From contig NC_043007.1 of assembly GCF_006345805.1 (NCBI RefSeq), forward strand, positions 8,432,001-8,496,000: DNA of 64,000 nt, read 5' to 3'. The notes beneath the pieces were generated by a model that saw only the letters and a list, made by a program, of their open reading frames with translations, ran no database searches and had not been told where the DNA came from. Both the position numbers and the translations under genes were made by a program. The number at the start of each line of letters is the position of its first letter. Within the stretch, counting starts at the first letter, position 1. Origin of the DNA: Octopus sinensis. Its lineage: Eukaryota. Shown here piece after piece: positions 1 through 13,039 of this stretch.

Positions 1-3000
1 AGTCAGGGCACTGGCATTGGCCACGTTCGGATGGTGCTTTTTATGTGCTACCAGCATGGGAGCCAGTCAGGGCACTGGCATTGGCCACGTTCGGATGGTG
101 CTTTTTATGTGCTACCAGCACGGGAGCCAGTCAGGGCACTGGCATTGGCCACGTTCGGATGGTGCTTTTTATGTGCTACCAGCACGGGAGCCAGTCAGGG
201 CACTGGCATTGACCATGTTCGGATGGTGCTTTTTATGTGCTACCAGCATGGGAGCCAGTCAGGGCACTGGCATTGGCAACGTTCGGATGGTGCTTTTTAT
301 GTGCTACCAGCACGGGAGCCAGTCAGGGCACTGGCATTGGCCACGTTCGGATGGTGCTTTTTATGTGCTACTACCAGCATGGGAGCCAGTCAGGGCACTG
401 GCATTGGCCACGTTCGGATGGTGCTTTTTATGTGCTACCAGCACGGAGCCAGTCAGGGCACTGGCATTGGCCACGTTCGGATGGTGCTTTTTATGTGCTA
501 CCAGCACGGGAGCCAGTCAGGGCACTGGCATTGTCCACGTTCGGATGGTGCTTTTTATGTGCTACCAGCATGGGAGCCAGTCAGGGCACTGGCATTGACC
601 ATGTTCGGATGGTGCTTTTTATGTGCTACCAGCATGGGCAGCCAGTCAGGGCACTGGCATTGGCCACGTTCGGATGGTGCTTTTTATGTGCTACTAGCAC
701 ACGGGAGCCAGTCAGGGCACTGGCATTGGCCACGTTCGGATGGTGCTTTTTATGTGCTACCAGCATGGGAGCCAGTCAGGGCACTGGCATTGGCCACGTT
801 CGGATGGTGCTTTTTATGTGCTACCAGCATGGGAGCCAGTCAGGGCACTGGCATTGGCCACGTTCGGATGGTGCTTTTTATGTGCTACCAGCATGGGAGC
901 CAGTCAGGGCACTGGCATTGGCCACGTTCGGATGGTGCTTTTTATGTGCTACCAGCATGGGAGCCAGTCAGGGCACTGGCATTGGCCACGTTCGGATGGT
1001 GCTTTTTATGTGCTACCAGCACGGGAGCCAGTCAGGGCACTGGCATTGGCCACGTTCGGATGGTGCTTTTTATGTGCTACCAGCACGGGAGCCAGTCAGG
1101 GCACTGGCATTGACCATGTTCGGATGGTGCTTTTTATGTGCTACACCAGCATGGGAGCCAGTCAGGGCACTGGCATTGGCCACGTTCGGATGGTGCTTTT
1201 TATGTGCTACCAGCACGGGAGCCAGTCAGGGCACTGGCATTGGCCACGTTCGGATGGTGCTTTTTATGTGCTACCAGCATGGGAGCCAGTCAGGGCACTG
1301 GCATTGGCCACGTTCGGTTGGTGCTTTTTATGTGCTACCAGCATGGGAGCCAGTCAGGGCACTGGCATTGGCCACGTTCGGATGGTGCTTTTTATGTGCT
1401 ACCAGCACGGGAGCCAGTCAGGGCACTGGCATTGCCATGTTCGGATGGTGCTTTTTATGTGCTACCAGCATGGGAGCCAGTCAGGGCACTGGCATTGGCC
1501 ACGTTCGGATGGTGCTTTTTATGTGCTACCAGCACGGGAGCCAGTCAGGGCACTGGCATTGGCCACGTTCGGATGGTGCTTTTTATGTGCTACCAGCATG
1601 GGAGCCAGTCAGGGCACTGGCATTGGCCACGTTCGGATGGTGCTTTTTATGTGCTACCAGCATGGGAGCCAGTCAGGGCACTGGCATTGACATGTTCGGA
1701 TGGTGCTTTTTATGTGCTACCAGCATGGGAGCCAGTCAGGGCACTGGCATTGGCCACGTTCGGATGGTGCTTTTTATGTGCTACCAGCACGGGAGCCAGT
1801 CAGGGCACTGGCATTGGCCACGTTCGGATGGTGCTTTTTATGTGCTACCAGCACGGGAGCCAGTCAGGGCACTGGCATTGGCCACGTTCGGATGGTGCTT
1901 TTTATGTGCTACCAGCACGGGAGCCAGTCAGGGCACTGGCATTGGCCACGTTCGGATGGTGCTTTTTATGTGCTACCAGCATGGGAGCCAGTCAGGGCAC
2001 TGGCATTGGCCACGTTCGGATGGTGCTTTTTATGTGCTACCAGCACGGGAGCCAGTCAGGGCACTGGCATTGGCCACGTTCGGATGGTGCTTTTTATGTG
2101 CTACCAGCACGGGAGCCAGTCAGGGCACTGGCATTGGCCACGTTCGGATGGTGCTTTTTATGTGCTACCAGCACGGGAGCCAGTCAGGGCACTGGCATTG
2201 GCCACGTTCGGATGGTGCTTTTTATGTGCTACCAGCATGGGAGCCAGTCAGGGCACTGGCATTGGCCACGTTCGGATGGTGCTTTTTATGTGCTACCAGC
2301 ATGGGAGCCAGTCAGGGCACTGGCATTGGCCACGTTCGGATGGTGCTTTTTATGTGCTACCAGCATGGGAGCCAGTCAGGGCACTGGCATTGGCCACGTT
2401 CGGATGGTGCTTTTTATGTGCTACCAGCATGGGAGCCAGTCAGGGCACTGGCATTGGCCACGTTCGGATGGTGCTTTTTATGTGCTACCAGCATGGGAGC
2501 CAGTCAGGGCACTGGCATTGGCCACGTTCGGATGGTGCTTTTTATGTGCTACCAGCATGGGAGCCAGTCAGGGCACTGGCATTGGCCACGTTCGGATGGT
2601 GCTTTTTATGTGCTACCAGCACGGGAGCCAGTCAGGGCACTGGCATTGGCCACGTTCGGATGGTGCTTTTTATGTGCTACCAGCATGGGAGCCAGTCAGG
2701 GCACTGGCATTGACCATGTTCGGATGGTGCTTTTTATGTGCTACCAGCATGGGAGCCAGTCAGGGCACTGGCATTGGCCACGTTCGGATGGTGCTTTTTA
2801 TGTGCTACCAGCACGGGAGCCAGTCAGGGCACTGGCATTGGCCACGTTCGGATGGTGCTTTTTATGTGCTACCAGCATGGGAGCCAGTCAGGGCACTGGC
2901 ATTGGCCACGTTCGGATGGTGCTTTTTATGTGCTACCAGCATGGGAGCCAGTCAGGGCACTGGCATTGGCCACGTTCGGATGGTGCTTTTTATGTGCTAC

Positions 3001-4690
3001 CAGCATGGGAGCCAGTCAGGGCACTGGCATTGGCCACGTTCGGATGGTGCTTTTTATGTGCTACCAGCATGGGAGCCAGTCAGGGCACTGGCATTGGCCA
3101 CGTTCGGATGGTGCTTTTTATGTGCTACCAGCATGGGAGCCAGTCAGGGCACTGGCATTGACCATGTTCGGATGGTGCTTTTTATGTGCTACCAGCACGG
3201 GAGCCAGTCAGGGCACTGGCATTGGCCACGTTAGGATGGTGCTTTTTATGTGCTACCAGCACGGGAGCCAGTCAGGGCACTGGCATTGGCCACGTTCGGA
3301 TGGTGCTTTTTATGTGCTACCAGCATGGGAGCCAGTCAGGGCACTGGCATTGGCCACGTTCGGATGGTGCTTTTTATGTGCTACCAGCACGGGAGCCAGT
3401 CAGGGCACTGGCATTGGCCACGTTAGGATGGTGCTTTTTATGTGCTACCAGCATGGGAGCCAGTCAGGGCACTGGCATTGGCCACGTTCGGATGGTGCTT
3501 TTTATGTGCTACCAGCACGGGAGCCAGTCAGGGCACTGGCATTGGCCACGTTCGGATGGTGCTTTTTATGTGCTACCAGCACGGGAGCCAGTCAGGGCAC
3601 TGGCATTGGCCACGTTCGGATGGTGCTTTTTATGTGCTACCAGCATGGGAGCCAGTCAGGGCATTGGCATTGGCCACGTTCGGATGGTGCTTTTTATGTG
3701 CTACCAGCATGGGAGCCAGTCAGGGCACTGGCATTGGCCACGTTCGGATGGTGCTTTTTATGTGCTACCAGCACGGGAGCCAGTCAGGGCACTGGCATTG
3801 GCCACGTTCGGATGGTGCTTTTTATGTGCTACCAGCATGGGAGCCAGTCAGGGCACTGGCATTGGCCACGTTCGGATGGTGCTTTTTATGTGCTACCAGC
3901 ATGGGAGCCAGTCAGGGCACTGGCATTGTCCACGTTCGGATGGTGCTTTTTATGTGCTACCAGCACGGGAGCCAGTCAGGGCACTGGCATTGGCCACGTT
4001 CGGATGGTGCTTTTTATGTGCTACCAGCATGGGAGCCAGTCAGGGCACTGGCATTGGCCACGTTCGGATGGTGCTTTTTATGTGCTACCAGCACGGGAGC
4101 CAGTCAGGGCACTGGCATTGTCCACGTTCGGATGGTGCTTTTTATGTGCTACCAGCACGGGAGCCAGTCAGGGCACTGGCATTGGCCACGTTCGGATGGT
4201 GCTTTTTATGTGCTACCAGCATGGGAGCCAGTCAGGGCACTGGCATTGTCCACGTTCGGATGGTGCTTTTTATGTGCTACCAGCATGGGAGCCAGTCAGG
4301 GCACTGGCATTGGCCACGTTCGGATGGTGCTTTTTATGTGCTACCAGCATGGGAGCCAGTCAGGGCACTGGCATTGTCCACGTTCGGATGGTGCTTTTTA
4401 TGTGCTACCAGCACGGGAGCCAGTCAGGGCACTGGCATTGGCCACGTTCGGATGGTGCTTTTTATGTGCTACCAGCATGGGAGCCAGTCAGGGCACTGGC
4501 ATTGGCCACGTTCGGATGGTGCTTTTTATGTGCTACCAGCATGGGAGCCAGTCAGGGCACTGGCATTGGCCACGTTCGGATGGTGCTTTTTATGTGCTAC
4601 CAGCATGGGAGCCAGTCAGGGCACTGGCATTGGCCACGTTCGGATGGTGCTTTTTATGTGCTACCAGCATGGGAGCCAGTCAGGGCACTG
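1..4690 (+). repeat. 64-bp tandem satellite/minisatellite array, about 73 units in the window, truncated at the left edge
   Basis: Unit AGCCAGTCAGGGCACTGGCATTGGCCACGTTCGGATGGTGCTTTTTATGTGCTACCAGCA(C/T)GGG repeats almost perfectly and ends at ...CAGGGCACTG (4690). Its reverse complement resembles the internal subunits of the dispersed element at 38405-38966. Confidence 0.97.
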
Positions 4691-4742
4691 AGCCTGGAAC
4701 CACATGGTTGGGGGGAAGTAAACTTCTTGCCACACTTGTGCC
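4687..4742 (-). mobile_element. 5' head fragment of a tRNA-derived SINE (OK-like) abutting the array
   Basis: Reverse complement reads ...GTGTGGCAAGAAGTTTACTTCCCCCCAACCATGTGGTTCCAGGCTCAGT, matching the head of the SINE copies at 21494-21867 and 27574-27862. Confidence 0.7.
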
Positions 4743-4772
4743 TATGTGTGTGTATATATACGATCTAATAAA

Positions 4773-5157
4773 GATGTGTGGAAAGAGGTTTGCTCCCCAA
4801 CCACAAGTGTGAGGTTCAGTCCTACTCTGTGGCACCTTGGGCAAGTGTCTTCTACTATAGCCCCAGGCTGACCAAAGCCTCGAGGGTGGATTTGCTAGGC
4901 AAAAATAAAGAAGCCCATCATATATGTATGTATAAGTAAATATCTGTCCATATCTTTCTGTTTGTCTCTGGTCACTACTTGATGAGAAGAGTTGGTTTGT
5001 TGTACGGCCTTTATAACTGAGTAGTTCACCAAAAGAGACTAATAGAATGTGTATCAGACTTTAAAAAAAGTGCTGGGGTTGATACGTTTCTACTAAACCC
5101 TTCAAGGTAGTGCCCTAGCATGACAACATCCCACTGACTGAAACAAATAGAAGATAA
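4773..5157 (+). mobile_element. tRNA-derived SINE, octopus OK-like family
   Basis: Head GTGTGG..GGTTCAGTCC, body GGCACCTTGGGCAAGTGTCTTCTACTATAGCC, internal microsatellite, tail GACTGAAACAAATAGAAGATAAA. Same layout as other copies in the window; the family name is from recall. Confidence 0.75.
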
Positions 5158-5204
5158 AGGTTAAGTTCTAAATTTAAACCAATTTGAATGTATTTTGGCA
5201 ATTT

Positions 5205-5608
5205 AAAAAAAATTTCTTTATTGCCCACAGGCGGCTAAACATAGAGGGAACAAACAAAGGGATTAAGTCGATTACACTAACGCCAGTGCATAACTGGTAC
5301 TTATTTAATTGATGAAAAGGATGAAAAGCAAAGTCAACCTCAGTGGAGTTTGAACTCAGAACGTAACGGCAGACGAAATACCTATTTCTTTACTACCCAC
5401 AAGGGGCTAAACACAGAGAGGACAGACAAACGGATTAAGTCGATTACATTGACTCCAGTGCGTAGCTGGTACTTATTTAATCGACCCCGAAAGGATGAAA
5501 GGCAAAGTCGACCTCGGCGGAATTTGAACTCAGAACGTAGCGGCAGACAAAATACCACTAAGCATTTTGCCCAGCATGCTAGCGTTCCTGGCAGCTTGCT
5601 GCCCTGAA
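5205..5608 (-). mobile_element. Dimeric tRNA-derived SINE (OR-like family)
   Basis: On -: A/B-box-like head (GAGTTCAAATTCCGCC), core GAGGTCGACTTTGCCTTTCATCCTTTCGGGGTCG, tail ...GTAGTAAAGAAATAG, then a second core+tail unit. Confidence 0.8.
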
Positions 5609-5801
5609 TATATTTTGGTAATTGATAGCATAAATACTAAGATATTACACCAATTAAGTGGGTAATTAAATAAATAAAAATTATTACAAATTAATCCCTG
5701 CTTGAGCCATGAAAAGTGCCTGATATCTCAAGTTTCTTCCAAAAAGGAAGTGCTTTTATCTGAAGTCTTTTCACAGGTACCAAAGGTGAAACAACAACAT
5801 T

Positions 5802-6028
5802 TTAACTGTTTTGATAACATCCCACCTGACACTGCCCCTGGTTCTCTAATAAAAGCTTCCTGTTTTAAGGTAATCTAAATTAAAACTTTCCATCAGAAAT
5901 TTGAGTTCATATTTCAAACACCAGCTTAATAATAATGACAGTTGTTTTACTAAATTTTTCATTTTTTCCAAAATTAATTGAAACCAAATCAGGGTATTTC
6001 AGCAAAAATATGGCAACCAAAGGATTAA
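5802..6028. mobile_element. Degenerate TTAA-bounded MITE (piggyBac-type ends)
   Basis: Starts TTAACTGTTTTGATAAC and ends GGCAACCAAAGGATTAA (degenerate inverted ends with TTAA). A related internal fragment lies in reverse at about 30230-30290. Confidence 0.4.
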
Positions 6029-7171
6029 AATAGTTGAGATTTATTTCAAGGAAATGGTCGGTGTTTAACACTTGGTCAGGCTGATTAAGCAGTCCACTCG
6101 TCTCAAGTAATTCCAACCTTGACCTGCTGGATTGCCATAAAGAAAAAAAAAAAAAAAGAGCAGTATATTTATGACTACATTGTTTAATGTGTCTACTTTT
6201 TTGTGACAGCGAGGCATTATTTGGTTGCTATTTTTAGAACATCAAATGCCCAGTGATATGAATGAACAAAGGATCAGCTATGGTTGAGTAAATTTATCCT
6301 GTTTTATGAATGAAGGACAGGGGTACATCACCTGATGTGTCCTTTCCTTCTGATATAGTATTGTGCAATTAGGGCTGCTATTTCTAGCAAGATTGGTACA
6401 AGCATTTAGGTATCTGACAAAATATTTATGTCTGTATGGCCTTTTTCATTCCGAGTTCAAATCTTGTTGAGGGCATCACTTTATCTTTCATCCTTCCTGG
6501 ATTAATAAAACAATATGCCATCATCAGTGAAATGTTACACGTTTGACTTTCAATGGATACCAATGGTTAAATATATTAAAGTAGTTGAAATTTAATCATC
6601 AAACCTGCTCTTTTCCATACTTGTTGAAGTAGATTTCCTATGGCCTGATGCCCTATCTCTTACTAACTCTCAACTGTTTTCCAAGCAAGCTGATATTTCC
6701 CAAGGCCTGACTTGTTTTTCACACAGAACTGGAAATGAAGAATATCAATTGTATGCCTGTGATGCTTATTTGCTGTCACCATCACATCTCAGATCATGAC
6801 TACACACACACAACTGAAGGCATGCTATCAAAAGGGCTTCATTCTCTCTTCAAAATGGATTCATAGGTGCTCAGAGCCAACTGCTTTACTTTTAACTGTC
6901 CATCTTGTATTTTCCACGACCTCAGAAATATTGCTGTTTTCATTGGTAAACTTTGCCTGTTAAAAGTTAGTTCCCAAGGTTGGCTACGTTTGATACAGAA
7001 ATACAAGGTTCTAATCATCGTGTGTTTCTTGAGTATTTGAAGCATTTGTTGAGTGATGTGAAACTTCAGATGAACATTTCAGGTTGTTGGGGCAGATTCC
7101 CTGATGTTGACATTTAATTACTGGAAAGCTTCATTGAATTTACAGCATTAATAATTAAACTGGGTGACAGT

Positions 7172-7207
<36 letters not shown>

Positions 7208-7820
7208 TGTGTGCTGTGTTTGTTCCCACCAACACTTGACAACTGACTAGGCTAAAAAAAAACTAGGTATTGGGGTTGATTTGTTGTGAGCTGACAAGGG
7301 GGTGCTGGGTTTTTAGAGGGAAGGTCAGGATTTTTCTTAGAAATTAAAATGTTGAAAACCAGGTACATTTCTCTATTTTAAATGTTTTCAAAAACATTTT
7401 TTTCTGGTATTAAAATATAACTGGGTTTGTGTGTTATCGTCGAGGGGCAAATTTTAGTCTGATTCCAAAACGTTGCCAGAAGAAGGACAGAGCACTCCAA
7501 AGTCAGTCTGTGGCCTAAAGCATGGCATCTGAGAATCGTAACTGGGGAAACAAAAGTCAGCAATATTGGTTTTCAGATAAAAGGCATATGAAGGGGGAAC
7601 TAAGAAAATATGGATTATCTATTATTGCCGTATAAAGTTGCAGAATTAGCTTTTGCTTTCTTGTCTTTTATCATTTACCTGTTTCATTGGACAACAGCCA
7701 TGCTGGGGAACATTCCGTAAAAGTTTACTTGAACAAATCAACCCCAATACCTAATTTTTTTTGAGCCTGGTCAGTTGTCAAGAGGTGCTGAGAACAAACA
7801 CAACAAACATACACACACGC

Positions 7821-7860
<40 letters not shown>

Positions 7861-10044
7861 GTATATTTATATATGTATATGACTGGCACTCTGTTGCTTA
7901 CGATGACGAGGGTTACATTTGATCCCCTCAACAGAACAGCCTGCTTGTGAAATTAACATGCAAGTGGCTGAGCGCTCCACAGTGTTACTGCTGGACATGT
8001 TGGTGCTGCTGCTACTGCCATCATTTCTACTGTTACTAGATGAATACAAATCCATAAAAGAAGAGGAAAGAACAGGGCCTCGAGATGAGGAAAGAAGGCT
8101 TAGTAAATTAGAATCATTTTGCAGTGTTAAGCTGGAAATGGAAATCAATTTGTTTTTGATCAAAAGTTTCGTCCGTAGTTCGTATAATTTATGGTTGGAA
8201 CACAATCTCACCAGGAGTTTGTCATCACAGTCACCTCAAGACTAGGGTACTCTTGGTGCACAGGTACTGCTTTAGAGCTGATTGGGGAGTTGTTTGAAGA
8301 TATAAGGACGCAGATCGGGCGTCAGATCCACAAAGTTGCCAGTGGATGTAGGACACGGAGCTCAAAAGTCAAACTCACTGGTCTAAAACCAGCAATTCGA
8401 ACATCCTAAGTGAGAAGATCGATGTCTCAACAATTTAGTTTTAATTATTGATCGATTTTGTGAATAAGAGGACAACGGAAGGTATAGAACTTTCACCAAG
8501 CCTATCAGAGTTATTCCCCCATGTATGCTTTTTCTGGCCATGTCCCTCCCTGCTGAAACTACAGTTTTCATCTACAAGAAATATTCAGGCTTGTGTTTGG
8601 TCAAAAGAAAGCATTAAATAGTGGAAACTTTTAGCAGAGCGAAATAAGTTGAGTCGGTGAATTGTTGTTGTTGTTTAACTCCAGGTTAGGCCTCTTCGAG
8701 CAGGTCTGTGATCAAGTGTGTTTCAACTGCGACTAGTTCTTCCTTTTCTTCAGAATATTTATCAGGACAACATCATGTTAATCTTATCTTTCACAAAACG
8801 ATAAGGTTTGGTGGCTACCTCAAGCTCATCAAGCGATCACATAGAGCCTCCTTCATCAGAGAAATGGTTGTTGTTCACCCCAGGCCAGTCTGCTCAAGTC
8901 GTTTGGTCAGCTCATTCCCCCGCCCCACAAAAAAGCATTGGATATTTAAGACTGCATAGTATTGTGTGTGTGTGCTTCTTTATGACAGTAAGGAACTATT
9001 CGAAGGATATTTGGCTTCTATTTATAACAGACAGATTCAAGCGAATCATCATCAGTTGTTTAGCCCCAGGTCAGCCACTGTTGAGTAGGCCTAGAATACG
9101 ATTTGTACAATATCTTATGAATATATAGTGCTACATTACCCAATGTTGTAAGGCGATACTGTGCGATTTGAACTGCTATTTCTAGCAGAATTAGTACAAC
9201 CGATAGGCTGAAAATAAATATAGATGGTTAAATTTTCTCCCCAAAACAGCTTCGTGTTTAATATAATGTCGTATTAAAATTAGAAAATATCGTTATGGGA
9301 AATCAGTTAAAGCAGTATTTCTTATATGTAGGCCTCACCCGCAAGAGATTTTGAAAAGCAAATTGCCATGATTAAATAAAGCTGAAACTCTTTTGAAATT
9401 TGTGCATATAAATCCTTTCTTTGTTAAACAAAGAAAGGATTTATATGGGTGAAAACTCAAAGATGTCTTGGAATGGTTGAAGCGTTAAAGCGTCGGAAAA
9501 AATGCTGGAGGCCGACTTTGCCCTTCATCCCCGTTGTGGTCGATAAAATAAAGTACCAATGAAATACTGGAGACGACGTAATCAAATTACTTCTCTAAAT
9601 TGTTGGCCTTTATGTTGTTTGTGAGAAAAAGCAAATAATGAAAAGGGGGAGTAAAAAAATTCACTTTCGGTGGATATCTGAGTAGAGTTTTCCCTAAGCT
9701 GTGCGTAGGAAGGGATAATGAAAAGAGAAATGTTGGCATGCAGGGCTTCCGAAGATGAAATTAAATATCTGTCTTTTAATTGAAGAAATTTGAGCAATGG
9801 TTCCTCGCATAGATGCGCACATATTTTGCACACATGCACAGCTAAAAATAACAGAGGGAACATTGGGTAAGGGCTGAATTGGTCAGTTTGAGAACCAAAC
9901 AAATAAGGGGCTCAGCGACTAATTTCTGAGAGACACTGCTGTCCCGGATATAATTAAGTCTGGGCGAAAGAAGGAGACTTGGCGAGCGTCAGTTATCTCC
10001 CCTGGTTGTGTAACTCTTCAGCCTTGAAGCGACCGACCTGGAAA

Positions 10045-10144
10045 ATGTCGTCGGAGAAGTTCGAGTCCTTGGAGGACGATTTGAACGGGATTTTGGAGCA
10101 ATTGAAGAAGTACATCCACGATGAGATCCCCGGATTATACGGCG
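10045..10144 (+). CDS. VTI1B: VTI1B-type SNARE, exon 1 (MSSEKFESLEDDLNGILEQLKKYIHDEIPGLYG)
   Basis: ATG at 10045, 100 nt, phase-1 donor G|GTGAGT at 10145. N-terminus resembles VTI1B (SSEHFEKL, recalled). Confidence 0.9.
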
Positions 10145-13039
10145 GTGAGTGTTGTCTCTTTATTTCACGCTTACAGATTACCAAAAGATCTCGTCAAAGG
10201 CTGCTCTTTTCTTCTCTCGAAGTAAATAAACAGAAAAAAGAAAAAAATTCTTTTTTTAAGAAGAAAATAAAAAATAATTATTTTTAAACAAAGTTTCTCG
10301 ACCACATTTAATTAACATGGTTGGTGCTTTTGTGATTCCATCAGTCCTATTCCGATGTCTGAGCTTCTTTGAGTTGGGGAGATTCTCTGAGATGGAAAGT
10401 TTCTGGCTTTTTGGAGAAACGATGGGAGAAGATCTGATGTTGTTCCCAGCCGTCGTTATTGAGTTTGTTGAGTCATCGCGGTTGGCTTCGATCATTGATT
10501 TCTTTGGATTCCTTCCAGGACAATCAACATCCCTTATTCACATAAACCGCGAACCCCTTATTCTACAACAGGTAAAACCCCTCCCACACTCGGAATTAAC
10601 GTGATTAATAGGCAGATGTGCTTTAAACTTTAACATACTCCTATAAGGTAATATAGACGGAATTATAACAGAAGACAATGGTTTTTATTTAACATCCAAA
10701 CGTGCCACACCTGACGGTCCTCGAACTAACGAAGAGACGAAACTACTTTGTCGTTCAATCAGCTAGAAATAGCAGGCACGCTACCATTTTAAAAAAGCGG
10801 AAGGACACGTTGGATAATGTAATCTTTGGTACACTATGTATAAGACAAAACAAAAACAAGAACAGGTTGTCCACGTCTGGATTGCTTTTTGATCCGATAT
10901 CTGCTCGATCAGGACTAATCAGTGTTATTCACTTGGACGGACAACAAGGAAGTTTAAAAGAAAGAAAATAAAAAAAGGTATCCGTGTAATTCTTCTTTAC
11001 GGATGTGATAAAGCATAAAGTTAACTCGGGTAGGATTTGAACTCGCAACTTTGATGTAGCGAACTAGAAATAAAGACGCCTTAAAAGTATGCCGTCCCCC
11101 CGCCTCCCTCACATTGTTTGTTCTTCTCTTGTATAATAAGTAAAACTCATGACTTTATTGTTTCACCCGTTCCTGTGATGGAAGTATTGTTTACGCTTCT
11201 GGCCTTGTTTCCGTCATGTGATTATTAGATGACGCCCAGGCTGAACTTCATTCTTTTATCCACACACACACACGCGCATGTTTGTATGTATTGTTTTTTT
11301 GCGTTTGTATTTATATTAAAGTGTAACGTATTTCGGGGTATTTGTTCGATTCATTTTCTGGTTTTCGTTACTGCACGACTACTTCGGCCATACTGGGGCA
11401 CTGCTTTCAACGGTTTTTAACCAATCCTATTGATGACGAAGGTCAAGAATACGCATACCCGGTATTTAGGGTTAGGGTTTTTGTTACGCCGAAAACAGGT
11501 GCTGTGCCTATCTTTACCTCCGCCCTATTGATCCCAGTTCTTAGTCGCGAACTAATTTTATCAATCATTATTCATCGAATGACCAAGTTCACTCATATTT
11601 CACTTTAGCGGTGTAAATACCACGATATAATTACACCGGTACACACACACACACGTTTCTGTCTGCCAAATTATATTTCTAAAACATTGTTCAGCTTGAG
11701 GTTATGGTGGAAGATACTTGCCCCTTGGTGCCTTGCTGTGGGATGGAACACGAATCCACATGGGTGTGAATCGAATTTCCTAAATATGTTGATACTCTGC
11801 GGTAAATAAAGGACAAAGTTGTTAGAACCCTACACAAAATACCTTGTGGTATTTGTTAAGACTCTTTATGTTCTTAGTTCAGATTCCACCAAGATCAACG
11901 CTGCTTTTCATCCATCCACAGTCAATAATATATGGTACCAGTCAAATACTGGGGTTGACATAATTGCTTGTTCTCCTTCCCTAAATTTCTGGCCTTGTGC
12001 AGGCATGGCTGTGTGGTAAGAAGTTTGCTTGTCAACCACATGGCTCTGGGATCAGTCCCATTGTGTGGCAAGTGTCTCCTACTATAGCTCTGGGCTGACT
12101 AAAGCTTTGTGACTGGATTTTATAGATAGAATCCGAAAGAAGCTTGTGTGTGTGTGTTGCCTCTTTGCCTTGACTTCACAGGATACTTGTAAAGAAGTGT
12201 CAGCATCATGCAAGCAGTGTTCTTCATTTCCAATCATCCATGAAAACATGTCTGGTCCCAGGGAAATATAATTTGGAAAAAGGTGAGTGTTGGTGACAGG
12301 AAGGGCATCCAACCAGAGAAAAGTCAACCTCAGCAAATTCTGCCTGACCCTCTGAACATAGAAAAGTGGATGCTAAAGCTATGTTGATGATGATATGCCC
12401 AATGGCATAACTAATTAAATCTGGTGAATTAATTTTACTTTTTATCCTCCTGGAGTCTCTAGAATAGGTACTAGTTACCTACGGTAGTGGATATACCCAA
12501 CTATACATCCTTCTACCCCAAGTATTTTGCTTTGTCTCATTGTTAGAGACCATTCTTAGTACTATTTTTCTATTTCTGTTTTTCTTCAACATTTAATTCT
12601 GTGCAAAATCTACATAATTTGCAATGTATCTCCCTCTTATCCATTGCCCTTGTGGCAAATAAAAGAAATTATTACTACCATGGTAAACTGGCTTAAACAA
12701 CAGAGCATCTGTTCAGATGCCTTTTGGTACTTCTTCTGTGCATTCTGAGCTCAGTCCCCTCCAAGGTCACCTTTCATCCTTTCAGACTCAATAAAATAAA
12801 GGACCTGTCAAGTATTGGAGTTGATGTCATTGACTAACTTCCATCCCCCTACATTCCCGGCCTTGGGCCGCCCATCATTACATCCTGGGTCCAAATGTCA
12901 GTGGGGTTGACTTTGCCTTTCATTCTTTCAAGTACCAGTTGTGCACTGGGGTCGATTTAATCAACTAAGTCTCTCCCCTGACATTTCAGGTCTTGTCCCA
13001 AAATTGAACCCATTATTATTATTATTATTATTATTATTA

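Noticed and set aside
1-4690. CRISPR-like array
   Set aside because: Contiguous identical units with no unique spacers, no cas genes, and a eukaryotic context.
17-4812. Very long + strand ORFs (up to 974 aa) in all three frames
   Set aside because: The 64-bp unit has no TAA/TAG/TGA on +, so all frames stay open and give the same 64-aa permutation. No start or splice context; the unit derives from a non-coding repeat.
6839-7110. Short ORFs on both strands upstream of VTI1B
   Set aside because: No recognisable motif and no consistent pair of splice sites.
7990-8571. Moderately GC-rich stretch with an acceptor-like TTTCTTGTAG on - at 8572
   Set aside because: All three - frames hit stops within about 60 codons and none resembles a protein I recognise. 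It could be a decayed element or UTR but is unassignable here.
9979-10044. N-terminal extension of VTI1B suggested by the ORF track
   Set aside because: It begins at TTG. The ATG at 10045 aligns with the expected Vti1b N-terminus, and the ORF's continuation past 10144 is intron.
10710-10760. Hammerhead-like CTGACG..GTC..GAC-GAAAC in VTI1B intron 1
   Set aside because: A9 is missing, stem II is irregular, and no stem I pairing can be formed.
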